Shown here piece after piece: positions 47,199 to 60,000 of a stretch of 64,000 nt of DNA. The DNA is taken from NCBI GenBank assembly GCA_000004695.1, contig CM000150.2:1824001-1888000 (forward strand), written 5' to 3'. The notes under the pieces were generated by a model. The model saw only the letters and a program-made list of their open reading frames with translations, was not told the origin of the DNA and ran no database searches. This DNA comes from Dictyostelium discoideum (Eukaryota). The position numbers were made by a program, and so were the translations under genes. The stretch's first letter is position 1; each line of letters begins with the position of its first letter.

Positions 47199-47670
47199 TA
47201 AAAAATTATTCTTTATTTCTTTTAATAATTTTTTTTTTAATTTTTCAATCAGAGTAGTAAAAAAATCATCTTCCAAAGCTTCAATTATAAATTCTAGTTG
47301 ATCTACACATGTTGGAAATTGGACTTTTAATTGTTTAATTGTTTCTAATTGTTTTTTGGGGTTATTACATTCTTTAAATATTAATTTTATTAGATTATTA
47401 TTATTATTATCATCATTATTATCATCATTATTATTATTATTATTATTACTATTATTATTACTATTATTATTATTGTTATTATTATTATTAATGGTATTTG
47501 TCGATGATAATTCAGATTGCGTTGGATTTATTAATGACAAAGAAGGTGACAGATTTTTGCTTTCACTAGAAAAATTAAATGAGAGTTAGAAAAATGGCAA
47601 AAAAAAAAAAAAAAAAAAAAAAATATCTAATATCAATATTTTACTCTTCTGTTTTTAAAATAGAACCCAT
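42297..47670 (-). CDS. Copy 1 of a tandem paralogous family: a large UPF1/MOV10-like SF1 helicase protein. The CDS is join(47645..47670, 42297..47565). It has an Asn-rich N-terminus, the shared N-terminal module, 3 x ~57-aa Thr/Pro-rich tandem repeats, a C-terminal helicase core and an acidic poly-Asp/Glu tail. It has NO nucleotidyltransferase domain.
   Basis: Helicase motifs were read directly: GPPGTGKT (I), VCGPSHASVDE (Ia), LVDESTQ (II), VGDPLQLPPT (III), YRMHP (IV), DGFQGSEKDIIILSCVRS (V), VALTRAKFGLFVIG (VI). The short first exon ATGGGTTCTATTTTAAAAACAGAAGA|GTAAAAT and the acceptor TTTTCTAG| at 47566-47567 restore the frame (MGSILKTED-ESKNLSPSLSLINPTQ...). The TTG 'start' at 47540 in the ORF track is internal. 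Confidence 0.75.
45430..45950. repeat. Three tandem copies of a ~175-bp coding repeat inside helicase copy 1. They encode SLPSLSAPINPGKPNEAQPTIKQIPQTIASTKSVIEPDSLSPT + poly-Thr.
   Basis: Near-identical peptide and DNA repeats were read in the 42297..47540 ORF. They are mirrored in the antisense ORF 45427..45939. Confidence 0.8.
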
Positions 47671-48332
47671 ATTTTTTTTTGTGTAGGTGATAATAAAAAA
47701 AAAAAAAAAAAAAAAAAAAATTAAAAAACAATACAATAATATATCCAATTATATACAATTATATATACAATGGTTTTATTTGTTGTGTTGAATTTTTAAA
47801 ATAAAAAATAAAAAAATTTTCAAATACGAATCAAAATTTGGGTTTTAAAAAAAAGAAAATTCAAAAAAAAAAAAAAAAAATCAAAAAAAATTAAATTAAA
47901 AATCCGATTAAGTACGATTTAAAATAAAAAAAAAAAAAATAAATAATAAAATGAAATAATATAAAAAAAAATAATAAAATAAAATTATAAAAAAGAAAAA
48001 ATTTGTATCATTTATTTTAAAATAAAAGAATAAAAAAAATTAATTTAAAACTTTACTTTTTTTTTTTTTTATTACTAAAATAAATGGACAATTTAAAAAA
48101 AAAAAAAAAAATAAAAAAAATTTTAAAAAATGGAAAAATTTTGATTTGTCGTCCCCAAAAAAAAATCAAAGAGAAAAAGAAAAAAAAATAAAAAAAAAAA
48201 AAATTTGGTTATTTTTTTTTATTTTTTTTTTTTTTATATAAATAGATATTTTCAATTGTGTTTATAAAAAAAGAGTTAAAATGAGTTTAGGGACATTAGT
48301 TTTAAAAAAAAAAAACGTAGGTAAAATTGGTG

Positions 48333-48690
48333 GATTTAATGACTGAAGGAAATGAATTACCATATTAACTAAACAGAATGAACTAAATGTTTTCTCTGCT
48401 GCATTATTTAAATCTTTTGAGATTGCCCACCATTTTACTAATAATGCTAAATCTATACATCTATTATCAATTGAACAATATTCACCTAACAATAATGAAT
48501 TGTGATAACTAATCATTGAATTAAAACACATATCGAAATGAATACCTGATGATATCTCTTTGAATCTAATGATTGGTATTTTTGCATCCATTCTTTTTTC
48601 AATTAATTTATATTGTTGAGATCTATTTAAGTATTTATAAACTTGTTTTAAATAAGTTGTATCTTCCTTTTGAATACATGAAAATATATC
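48333..48690 (-). pseudogene. Pseudogene fragment. It is a partial copy of the nucleotidyltransferase/PAP-associated region of copies 2 and 3 (KQVYKYLNRSQ.YKLIEKR..AKIPIIRFKEISSGIHFDMCFNSM.SYHNSLLLGEYCSIDNRCIDLALLVKWWAISKDLNNAAEKTFSSFCLVNMVIHFLQSLNPPILP). Homology ends abruptly at both ends.
   Basis: The nucleotide and protein sequence is near-identical to 49853..50215 of copy 2. Homology breaks at 48332. Downstream the ORF runs into unrelated sequence (…TFFFFKTNVPKLILTLFL*). Confidence 0.8.
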
Positions 48691-48840
48691 ACCAGATTGT
48701 CATCGTATATCTCTTTTTGATAAAACACTAGCACAAAGAAAAGAAATTCTTAAGAATGCAAATATTGTTTTCTCAACATTATCAGCAAGTGGTTCTGGTC
48801 CTGTTAGAAGTAACTTTAAAGCAAATATTGTACATGCACA
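48691..48840 (+). pseudogene. Pseudogene fragment in INVERTED (plus) orientation. It is a partial copy of the helicase motif Ia-II region (CHRISLFDKTPAQRKEILRNANIVFSTLSASGSGPVRSNFKANIV). It abuts the NTase fragment.
   Basis: The plus-strand translation matches the minus-strand-encoded copy 2/3 sequence CHRISPYDKTPAQRKEIIRNANIVFSTLSASGSGSVRSNFKANIV. The junction with the NTase fragment at ~48690 is direct. Confidence 0.75.
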
Positions 48841-49354
48841 AGTACAAGTTTAACAGGTTCATCAGATTTAACAGGTTTAACTGGTACAGGTAAAGGTTTT
48901 TACAGGTTTAGCAGATTCAGGTAAAGGTTGTCAGGAAGATTATAAATCTACCTATGCACTATGACATTAGGAGTGGTTTAATATTTTTTAATACTTAGAC
49001 AATAATAACAATAAAAAAACAAAAAAAAATTTTATTTTTATTTCTTAAAAAAGTAAACAAAATAAATAAAATAGAAATTTTGCCTATTGCAATAGTAAAG
49101 ATACAATTTTTAAAAATTTAAAATCGAAGTCATAATTTAATAAATAAAAATAAAAATAAAATTATTTGTTTTTTTAAATAATTCCCATGGAATTTAGATT
49201 TTGCCTTAAGAAATCTATCCGTAAATATTTTTACAAGATTAAAAAAAAAAAAAAAATTCAAATTTACTTGTCCTTTTATTTATTTTAATTTAAACAAAAA
49301 AAAAAAAAAAATGGTTTGGGTATTATTTTTTAATTTTTTTTTTTTTGTAAAACT

Positions 49355-52300
49355 CTAAGAAAGTAATCCATTTGACGATAATGATAAATTCTCTTTGAAT
49401 AAATCATTAATTGTTGTTTTGGTTGATCTTAAAGAATATTCCATCATTGTGAATTCCATTAATACTCTTTGGTATGTTTTTTTAATTGATGATGCTAAAT
49501 TTCTATCATTAATAAATGGATCAAGTACAATGATATGACCTTTTACTGGTGTACCCTTTATAGTTGATCTTTTTAATAATGCTCCATTTTCACATAAACT
49601 ACCACCACCACTTGAGTGACTAATTGATATGATATTCTCTTTATAATTAAATGTTGAATAATAATAAAAGAATTGATAAAACAATTGAGCGATTGTCAAT
49701 TTGTTTCTTTTTGGTTCAAATTTGTTAAAACTTGACCAATCATAATATTTAACTAAATAATTTTCTACGATTGTTTGTGATTTTAATTTAATTAAATTTC
49801 TATCTGTTGAATACTTTTCTAATAGTTGATTTGATGTTGTTTGTAAATTTGGTAAAATTGGTGGATTTAATGACTGAAGGAAATGAATTACCATATTAAC
49901 TAAACAGAATGAACTAAATGTTTTCTCTGCTGCATTATTTAAATCTTTTGAAACTGCCCACCATTTTACTAATAATGCTAAATCTCTACATCTTTTATCA
50001 ATTGAACAATATTCACCTAACAATAATGAATTGTGATAACTCATCATAGAATGAAAGCACATATCGAAATGAATACCTGATGATATCTCTTTGAATCTAA
50101 TGATTGGTACTTTTGCACTAATTCTTTTTTCAATTAATTTATATAGTTGAGATCTATTTAAATATTTATAAACTTGTTTTAAATGAGTTGTATCTTCTTT
50201 TTGAGTACTTGAGAAATTAATATCTAAATCACTATCATTCAATGATAATCCACTCAAGAATGAACCATATAAATTAATTGATGCTGTTGCGAAACCTTCT
50301 GATATTAATTTCTTTAATCTATTATAACTATCTTGTTTAATTGATTTCTTTTTACATTCAATTTTTGAAATAATTTCATTAAGAGAATTATTTGTTTTTG
50401 ATGATGATAAAGATTGTGAAATTTCTTGTATTTCTAAATTATTTAAAACTTTCTTTAAATATGAATCCAAGAGACGTGAATATTTAACAAAACTATCTCT
50501 TAATGTTTTCTTTTTTGATAAAGTTGATTGATCTATTTTTTCTTGATTTGATTTTTGTAATTCTATAATAATATTAATAAGAGTGTTTGGAAAATCTTTA
50601 TCAATGATTAAATTATTTGAATCTGGTGAAACTGTCTCATCTTCATCATCATCATCGCTGATACTATAATATTCATCATCATCATCATCCAAATCATCAT
50701 TATCTTCACCTTCTTGATTAATTTTCTTGATTCTATTACTTTCATCATCTTCATCATGCTCTTGTATTTCTTCATTATCTTCATCTTCGTCTTCCTCTTC
50801 ATCTTTACCATCATATTCATCTTCAGAATCTGAATGGAATTCAATTAATCCATTTGGATTTAAAGAGTCATATTCTTGAATTTGTTGTTCTAAAACACTG
50901 ATACCTTTAGAATCAATTGAGACCATTGAGTTTATTGAATGAACATATTGACAAAATGGACCCCAAGTTCTATCTTTTTTTAAGAGTTTAGAATTACCAA
51001 TTACAAATAATCCAAATTTAGCTCTTGTGAGTGCGACATTAATACGTCTACGATCAGAAAGGAAACCAATTCTTTCACTTCTTACACATGATAAAATTAT
51101 AATATCTTTTTCTGAGCCTTGAACCCCATCAATTGTTGATGTTTCAATATTTAATGGATAATTAAACTGTTTATGTTGTTCTTTGATTTCACTCTTTTGT
51201 AATTTATATGGCGTAATAATACCAAATGAGAACTTTTTACATTCTGGATAATCTTGAACTAACTTTTTAATCAATGTGAATACCATTGTGATTTCTAATT
51301 TATTCTTTAATGATCTTTTACCACTTTCTTCTTTTGAATCAATAACATCATAGAATCTAATTGGACCATATTTGATATCAGAATGGAAATTATGTTGATT
51401 GTATACTAATGACTTTACATTATCACCATCTAATAATCTGTCTTTATAGAATTGATTTGATGGGAATCTTGAAATTGTTGGATGCATACGATATTGTGTA
51501 TTTAACATTTCAACTGGTAATACTTTTGATAATCTTTCAAATAATGATATATTTAAACCATTTTCTGCACTTCCTGATGAGAAAATAGTTGGTGGTAATT
51601 GTAATGGATCACCAACAAGAATTAACTTTTCAATATTACCAATACATAATGGAATTAGTGAAGCTGGTTCAGATGATTGAGTTGATTCATCTACTAATAC
51701 AATATTTGCTTTAAAGTTACTTCTAACAGAACCAGAACCACTTGCTGAAAGAGTTGAGAAAACAATATTTGCATTTCTAATAATTTCTTTTCTTTGTGCT
51801 GGTGTTTTGTCATAGGGTGATATACGATGACAATCTGGTGATATATTTTGAAGTTTACCAATACGTACCATATTTGGTAAATAAGGTTTACCATCTACAT
51901 TTATTAAACTCTTTTTTAAACATCTCTTTGCAACTTCATCTACTGATGCATGTGATGGACCACATACTAATATCTTGAATTTTGGATTAATTGCTAATAA
52001 AATTGAAAGTAAATAATAAATTGTTGTAGTTTTACCAGTACCTGGTGGACCTTGAATTAATGTAATACCTTTTTTTGATAATGATGTTTCAATTGCATTA
52101 AATTGTGATGCATTCAATTCTTGAATACAAATGGATCTTAACAATGATGGAATCTCCATTCTCATTGATGTCATTAAATTATAAACTTCCAATGATGGTT
52201 GTAAAATTTGATTTAAAAGTGTTTTTGAATTTTTAAACTCTTCTGTTGCTTCTAATTCTCTAATGAATGTAGTACTATTAGAAACCTTTATAAAATGTAA

Positions 52301-55300
52301 AATATCTTTTGAATATCTTTTCGAATTCAATGAAACTGAATAAAACTTTTCAATTAATGGTTTCGTTGAATCCGATAATACAAATTCGCAAATTATTTTT
52401 TGTTTTTTACTTTTTAATTCTGAAGATCTTGTAACTAAACTCAATGCAAACATTGGTTTATTTGTATGATCAAATGCTTTAAAAAGTAAAATATCATTAA
52501 GGTATATTTCCTCTAATTCATCCTTAACTTTAATATTAAATGTAATTTCAACAGAATCCTCCGACAACTCTTGGAATGAATGAATTGTTGGTGTATCATT
52601 CATTTTAACTCTATCTAAACCTATTAATGTACCATCTTGTTCTGATATTGAAATACCTTCAATTTCATCAAAATCACCTTCGAGTTGTGCTCTATATTCT
52701 TCTACTATTAAAGGTTTCATTAAATTTACAAATTCTGATTGGTCAGAATAACTATCTTGTAATGAATGAATATTATCAGCTTGAATTAATGGAATTCTTT
52801 CTGGATTACTCTTTAAAAATATTGACAATATCTCTTCAGAATCTTTTGAAATTACTTCAACATGATCACGAACTAAAACAACTTTTCTATTATTATTATT
52901 GTTATTTCTTGATCTTATTGTAGTTGTTGCAGTTGCTGTTCCTGTTGGGGATTTGATAAACAACTTTTCACTTTTAATTAATTGGTGAATTTCATTAAAT
53001 TGTAACTTTGAAATTAAACCTAACTTTTCAGAGTTTAATAATTTAAAAGATGGAATCTTTAAAGTTGAACCATTGATTTTTGTTGTTGATTCAAAGTTAC
53101 TGACGAGATTATCAAAGAATTTACCTTTAACTATATTTGAAAATTCTAACTTCGTTCTATTTTTTTTTGCTAATTCTGAATTCAACTGATTGTATTTGTG
53201 TCTACAAGTCTTTGTTTTTTCTTTTAATTCTGAATACTGTGAGAAATGATTAAACTCTAATAATACCATTAATGATAATGACTTGTTATATATTTTTTCA
53301 ATATTTTGATTGCTTGTATTATTTTTTTGAATCTTTGAAATATCTGTTTTTAATCTATTTTTAATAGCATTAATAGTTGAATTAAATTGAGTTATACTCT
53401 CATTGATAATATCATTCACTTGTTCAATTGATTTTTTCTTTGATGGATATGATTTAAATAATCTATCCAATGTTTTAATAATTGAATCTGCACTAGTTGA
53501 ATCTTCAAATATTAATTTCAATAAACTATGTTTCAATGATTGGTTTATATCAAATGTAGTAGTAGCAGCACTAGTATTATTAGAAGCAGATGATGCTGTA
53601 GTTGATTTATCTGTTGATGTTGTTGCAGAGGTATTTGCAGTGGTTGAGGTTGTTGTTGTTGTTGTTTTTGTTGTAGCTTTATCTTTTATAATACTAGTGG
53701 TAGTTGAAGCTGTAGGTGTTTTTGAACTTGTTGTATTAGATATTTTTTGTGAATTTGAAAGTGATAAATCTTTATAATCTAATACTAAAGATTTTATATG
53801 AATTATAAAAGATTTTATTAAAGTTCCAATTGTATTATCACTTTCATTTTTATGACCAAGTGGTAATTTAAATAATTCTACATTCATCACATATTCAGTT
53901 TTTTTAGATTTAATATTTAATTTTACTTGTTCTGGAATATAGTTTGAAATGTCTATTGATTTTTGATCAATAAATGCTTCAACTTTAATACAAAATCTTT
54001 GGTGGTGAGTATTCAATAAATTGAATGCCTCTGATCTAGAATCCAAAAAGGTTGGTGAGTTTTTAACTGTGAAATTTTTATCAAAATATTCTTTAATATA
54101 ATTTCTTTGCACTAAATTACTAAATTCAATTAATGAAATGATTGTAAAAATTGTTTCATTAATTTCATTAAATTTTGATGGATTTACACTTGATTTTAAT
54201 AATTTTCTTATATCTTTTGATGTACCAATTCTATAAGATTCAGTCTTTTTTTTGAATGGTAAAACTATGTCTTTTACCATTGATTTAATTGAATCTATTT
54301 GTAAATTAAATGTTGGATATTGATTCTTTAAACTATCAATTGCTTCTGGTTTGTTAAAAAATGTATTAAATAATGAAAATATTTGTTTTTCAATATTTGA
54401 TGGTGTCTTCAAAATTACTGTTGGTATATTTGATAATAATTCTTTTGGTGTTGATGTTGGTGTTGGTGTTGGTGTTGGTGTTGGTGTTGGTGTTGGTGTT
54501 GGTGTTGGTGTTGGTGTTGGTGTTGGTGTTGGTGTTGGAGTTGGAGTTGGAGTTGGAGTTGGTGTTGGTGTTGGTGTTGGTGTTGGTGTTAGTGTTGGTA
54601 TTGGTTGTGTTGTTGTTGTTGAGTTTGATAAAAGTTGATAATCTAAAATTAAAGATTTTATATAAATCAAATGTGATTCGATTAATGTTCCAATGGTATT
54701 ACTTTCGATATTCTTGTGACCAAGTTCTAATTTAAATAAACCAATATTAAATAAAACTTTTTTAGAATCTAATTCTAACTTCAATGGTTTTGGAACAAAT
54801 TTTGAAACAAAAGATGGATTTTGACTAATAAATTCCTCTAGATTGATTTTTGATTTTTGATATTGAGTTTCCAATAAACCAAAAGCCTCTAATTGTAAAC
54901 TTGCTTGGTGTGTGATTTTGACTATATTTTTTTCAATATATTTTTTAACACTACTTCTTTGGATTAGATTACTCAACTCTATTAATGAAATGATTGTAAC
55001 AAATATTGTTACAATTTCATCAAACTTTTTTGAATTTATCTTTGAATTCAATGATTTTTTAAGTTGATTTAATGTTGTAATTTTCACTGAATCAATATTG
55101 GTTTGACTTTCTTTTATAAAAGTTTCAACTGATAATAATTCTGATTTAAAACCTGGGTATTTTTTAATCAAACCTTGAATATCTTCTGATCTGTGGAATA
55201 ATTTATTAAAAATTGAAAAAACTACGATTTCAGTAGTTGTTGGTTTTGTTTGTTGTTGGCTATTTATAACTTTTGATACCAATGATGGTGATGTTGCTAA

Positions 55301-56273
55301 TGGTACTGTTGGTGGTGATACAGTTGTTGTTGTTGTTGCTAATGACACTGCTGGTGGTGTTATATCAATAACTGATGTAGATGATATTTTCTGTTCTATT
55401 GTAGTTGTACCTAAACATTTATTATATAATTTACAAAGGTTGATAAAGTTTGATTGAATTGAAATTGATATATCTTGAGAATCTGAAAATTTTAAATAAT
55501 TTATTTTATAATTTTTACCCTTTAAAATAAATTTGAAATCATTTGAAATTTGACGAAATTTTGATGGATAATTACATTTGAAAACCTCTGATAATGTTAT
55601 TGTTATATTTTGAGCTGACAATTGATCATAAAGCCTTTGTTTTTGATCAGCTGTGATTGATGTATCATCTGTAAATAATTTCTTTAAAATTAATCTTTGA
55701 TATAAAAAACTAAATTCAATCATAATTTTCAATGCTATAAAATCATTATAAATTTGAAAAATATCGTTATTATTATTATTACGATTGATATTATTTAATA
55801 AATTTGTTTTTTTAACTAATTTACTAAATTTATCAGAGACATCTATTGAAGAAGATGTTTTAATAATTCCAATTTTATTCTCTAAAGAAGTTTTATCATT
55901 TTCTAAAATTTCTTTAATTTTCTTAATATCGAAATTTGGAAATAATTTACAAACACCATTAATTCCATTTATGATATCTTTTAAATTACTATGCTTGAAT
56001 ATAGTTTTAAAAATATCATTTTCATTACTATTTATAATTTGTGAATTTTCAGTAATATTCAATTTGTTCATATTATTTATTATTGAATCCATTGTACTAT
56101 TGGTGTTAGTGTTGGTAGTGGTAGTGGTACTGGTGGTGGTAGTGGTACTGGTGGTGCTCGATTCTACAGTTGTTTTTGTTTTTTCTGGTACGCTTTGAGA
56201 AATTGGATTGTTATTATTTGATGAAGGTGGTGGTGGTGGTGGTGGTGAAGTTGATGAATTTGGAATATTTTCC

Positions 56274-56310
<37 letters not shown>

Positions 56311-56413
56311 AATGGGAATTAGGAAAACAGGTATAACATAGAATTTTAAAATTTTATGAATTGAATTTTATAATATTAATATTTTACCCTTCTGTTTCTA
56401 AAGAAGAACTCAT
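49355..56413 (-). CDS. Copy 2. It is a fusion of an UPF1/MOV10-like SF1 helicase with a C-terminal Cid1/Gld2-type terminal nucleotidyltransferase (Pol-beta NTase + PAP-associated domain). The CDS is join(56388..56413, 49355..56273). Four tandem ~200-aa N-terminal modules are separated by low-complexity linkers, including a (PT)24 linker.
   Basis: The helicase motifs are those of copy 1. After an acidic linker the same ORF continues into ...INLYGSFLSGLSLNDSDLDINF... (the hG[GS]-x10-DhDh NTase signature). It then has ...KVPIIRFKEISSGIHFDMCF... (third catalytic Asp). It ends with ...RCRDLALLVKWWAVSKDLNNAAEKTFSSFCLVNMVIHFLQSLNPPILP... (PAP/OAS1-associated core). The first exon ATGAGTTCTTCTTTAGAAACAGAAGG|GTAAAAT and the acceptor (T)nAG at 56274-56275 keep the frame (MSSSLETEG-ENIPNSSTSPPPPPPP...). 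Confidence 0.75.
54446..54600. repeat. (GGTGTT)n hexanucleotide microsatellite, (TGGTGT)~25. On the minus strand it encodes the (PT)n linker of copy 2.
   Basis: Read directly. The equivalent position in copy 3 (62140-62270) is a degenerate GGTGTTGGTGTTGATGTT... array encoding TSTPTPTS.... Confidence 0.9.
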
Positions 56414-57041
56414 TTACAATTGTTGATTATTTTTTTTTTTTTCTTTAATTTTTTTTTTTTTTTTTTTTTTGGATCTTTGTTTTTTTTTTTTTTTTCTATT
56501 TTTTTTTTTTGAGAAAATGAGAAATTAGGTTTAAAAAAAAAAAAAAAAAATTTGTCAAATTTAAATTCCCGTAAAATTTTTTTTTTTTTTTTTTTTTTTT
56601 CACGAAAAAAAAGGGAAATTTAAATTTGAATCAAAAAACCATTTTTTTTTTTTTTTTCATTTTATTTTTTTTTATTTTTTTTTACCAAAATGATTTAAAC
56701 TTATTTATTTTTAATTTAAATTTGGTTTAGATAAATAGAACACAAAAATACACAAAATTATATAAAAAATAAAAAAAATGAATGTAGTCATCCCATTTTA
56801 TTTTTTTTTTTTTTTTTTTTTTTAATATTTTTATAAATCACCAGAAATTCAAAATATCTCTCGCTTTTATAAAATCAAAAAACTATGGGTAATTAATTTA
56901 AAAAAATTGGATATCTCCAAAGTAAAAAAAAAAAAAAAAATACAAATTTACTTGTCCTTTTTATTTATTTTAATTTAAACAAAAAAAAAAAAAAATGGTT
57001 TGGGTATTATTTTTTAATTTTTTTTTTTTTTTAAAAAAACT

Positions 57042-60000
57042 TTAAGAAAGTAATCCATTTGACGATAATGATAAATTCTCTTTGAATAAATCATTAATTG
57101 TTGATTTGGTTGATCTTAAAGAATATTCCATCATTATGAATTCCATTAATACTCTTTGGTATGTTTTTTTAATTGATGATGCTAAATTTCTATCATTAAT
57201 AAATGGATCAAGTACAATGATATGGTCTCTTACAGCTCTACTCCTTATATTTGATCTTTTTAATAATGCTCCATTTTCACATAAACTACCACCACCACTT
57301 GAGTGACTAATTGATATGATATTCTCTTTATAATTAAATGTTGAATAATAATAAAAGAATTGATAAAACAATTGAGCGATTGTCAATTTGTTTCTTTTTG
57401 GTTCAAATTTGTTAAAACTTGACCAATCATAATATTTAACTAAATAATTTTCTACGATTGTTTGTGATTTTAATTTAATTAAATTTCTATTTGTTGAATA
57501 CTTTTCTAAGAGTTGATTTGATGTTGTTTGTAAATTTGGTAAAATTGGTGGATTTAATGATTGAAGGAAATGGATTACCATATTAACTAAACAGAATGAA
57601 CTAAATGTTTTCTCTGCTGCATTATTTAAATCTTTTGAAACTGCCCACCATTTTACTAATAATACTAAATCTCTACTTCTATTATCGATTGAACAATATT
57701 CGCCTAACAATAATGAATTGTGATAACTCATCATTGAATTAAAACACATATCGAAATGAACACCTGATGATATCTCTTTGAATCTAATGATAGGTACTTT
57801 TGCATCCGTTCTTTTTTCAATTAATTTATATAGTTGAGATCTATTTAAATATTTATAAACTTGTTTTAAATGAGTTGTATCTTCTTTTTGAGTACTTGAG
57901 AAATTAATATCTAAATCACTATCATTCAATGATAATCCACTCAAGAATGAACCATATAAATTAATTGATGCTGTTGCGAAACCTTCTGATATTAATTTCT
58001 TTAATCTATTATAACTATCTTGTTTAATTGATTTCTTTTTACATTCAATTTTTGAAATAATTTCATTAAGAGATTTATTTATATTTGATGAGGATGATGA
58101 TAAAGATTGTGAAATTTCTTGTATTTCTAAATTATTTAAAACTTTCTTTAAATATGGATCCAAGAAACGTGAGTGTTTTATAAAATTATCTCTTAATTTT
58201 TTCTTTTTTGATAAAGTTGATTGATCTATTTTTTCTTGATTTGATTTTTGTAATTCTATAATAATATTAATGAGAGCATTTGGAAAATCTTTATCAATGA
58301 CTAAATTATTTGTATCAAATACTTCTTCATCTTCATCATACTCTTCGCTGATACTATGATATTCTTCATCACCATGCTCATTATCATCATCATCATCATC
58401 CTCCAAATCATCATTATCTTCACCTTCTTGATTAATTTTCTTGATTCTATTACTTTCATCATCTTCATCATGCTCTTGTATTTCTTCATTATCTTCATCT
58501 TCGTCTTCCTCTTCATCTTCACTATCATCATAGTCATCTTCAGAATCTGAATGGAATTCAATTAATCCATTTGGATTTAAAGAGTCATATTCTTGAATTT
58601 GTTGTTCTAAAACACTGATACCTTTAGAATCAATTGAGACCATTGAGTTTATTGAATGAACATATTGGCAAAATGGACCCCAAGTTCTATCTTTTTTTAA
58701 GAGTTTAGAATTACCAATTACAAATAATCCAAATTTAGCTCTTGTGAGTGCGACATTAATACGTCTACGATCAGAAAGGAAACCAATTCTTTCGCTTCTT
58801 ACACACGATAAAATTATGATATCTTTTTCTGAACCTTGAACTCCATCAATTGTTGATGTTTCAATATTTAATGGATAGTTAAACTGTTTATGTTGTTCTT
58901 TGATTTCACTCTTTTGTAATTTGTATGGTGTAATAATACCAAATGAGAACTTTTTACATTCTGGATAATCTTGAACTAACTTTTTAATCAATGTAAATAC
59001 CATTGTGATTTCTAATTTATTCTTTAATGATCTTTTACCACTTTCTTCTTTTGAATCAATAACATCATAGAATCTAATTGGACCATATTTGATATCTGAA
59101 TGGAAATTATGTTGATTGTATACTAATGACTTTACATTATCACCATCTAATAATCTGTCTTTATAGAATTGATTTGATGGGAATCTTGAAATTGTTGGAT
59201 GCATACGATATTGTGTATTTAACATTTCAACAGGTAATACTTTTGATAATCTTTCAAATAATGATATATTTAAACCATTTTTTGCACTTTCTGATGAGAA
59301 AATAGTTGGTGGTAATTGTAATGGATCACCAACAAGAATTAACTTTTCAATATTACCAATACATAATGGAATTAGTGAAGCTGGTTCAGATGATTGAGTT
59401 GATTCATCTACTAATACAATATTTGCTTTAAAGTTACTTCTTATTGGTTTAGAACCACTTGCTGATAGAGTTGCGAAAATAATAGTTGCATTTCTAATAA
59501 TTGCTTTTCTTTGTGCTGGTGTTTTATCAAAAAGTGATATACGATGACAATCTGGTGATATATTTTGAAGTTTACCAATACGTACCATATTTGGTAAATA
59601 AGGTTTACCATCTATATTAACTAAACTCTTTTTCAAACATCTCTTTGCAACTTCATCTACTGATGCATGTGATGGACCACATACTAATATCTTGAATTTT
59701 GGGTTAATTGCTAATAAAATTGAAAGTAAATAATAAATTGTTGTAGTTTTACCAGTACCTGGTGGACCTTGAATTAATGTAATACCTTTTGTTGATAATG
59801 ATGTTTCAACTGCACTAAATTGTGATGTATTCAATTCTTGAATACACATGGATCTCAACAATGATGGAATCTCCATTCTCATTGATGTCATTAAATTATA
59901 AACTTCCAATGATGGTTGTAAAATTTGATTTAAAAGTGTTTTTGAATTTTTAAATATTTCCGGTGCTTCTAATTCTCTAATAAATGTAGTACTATTAGAA

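Noticed and set aside
48841-48960. Possible foreign or transposon-derived insert, based on its higher GC content and ACAGGTTTA-like repeats
   Set aside because: I found no terminal repeats, target-site duplication or coding potential. I keep it as part of the rearrangement scar finding rather than a separate mobile-element call.
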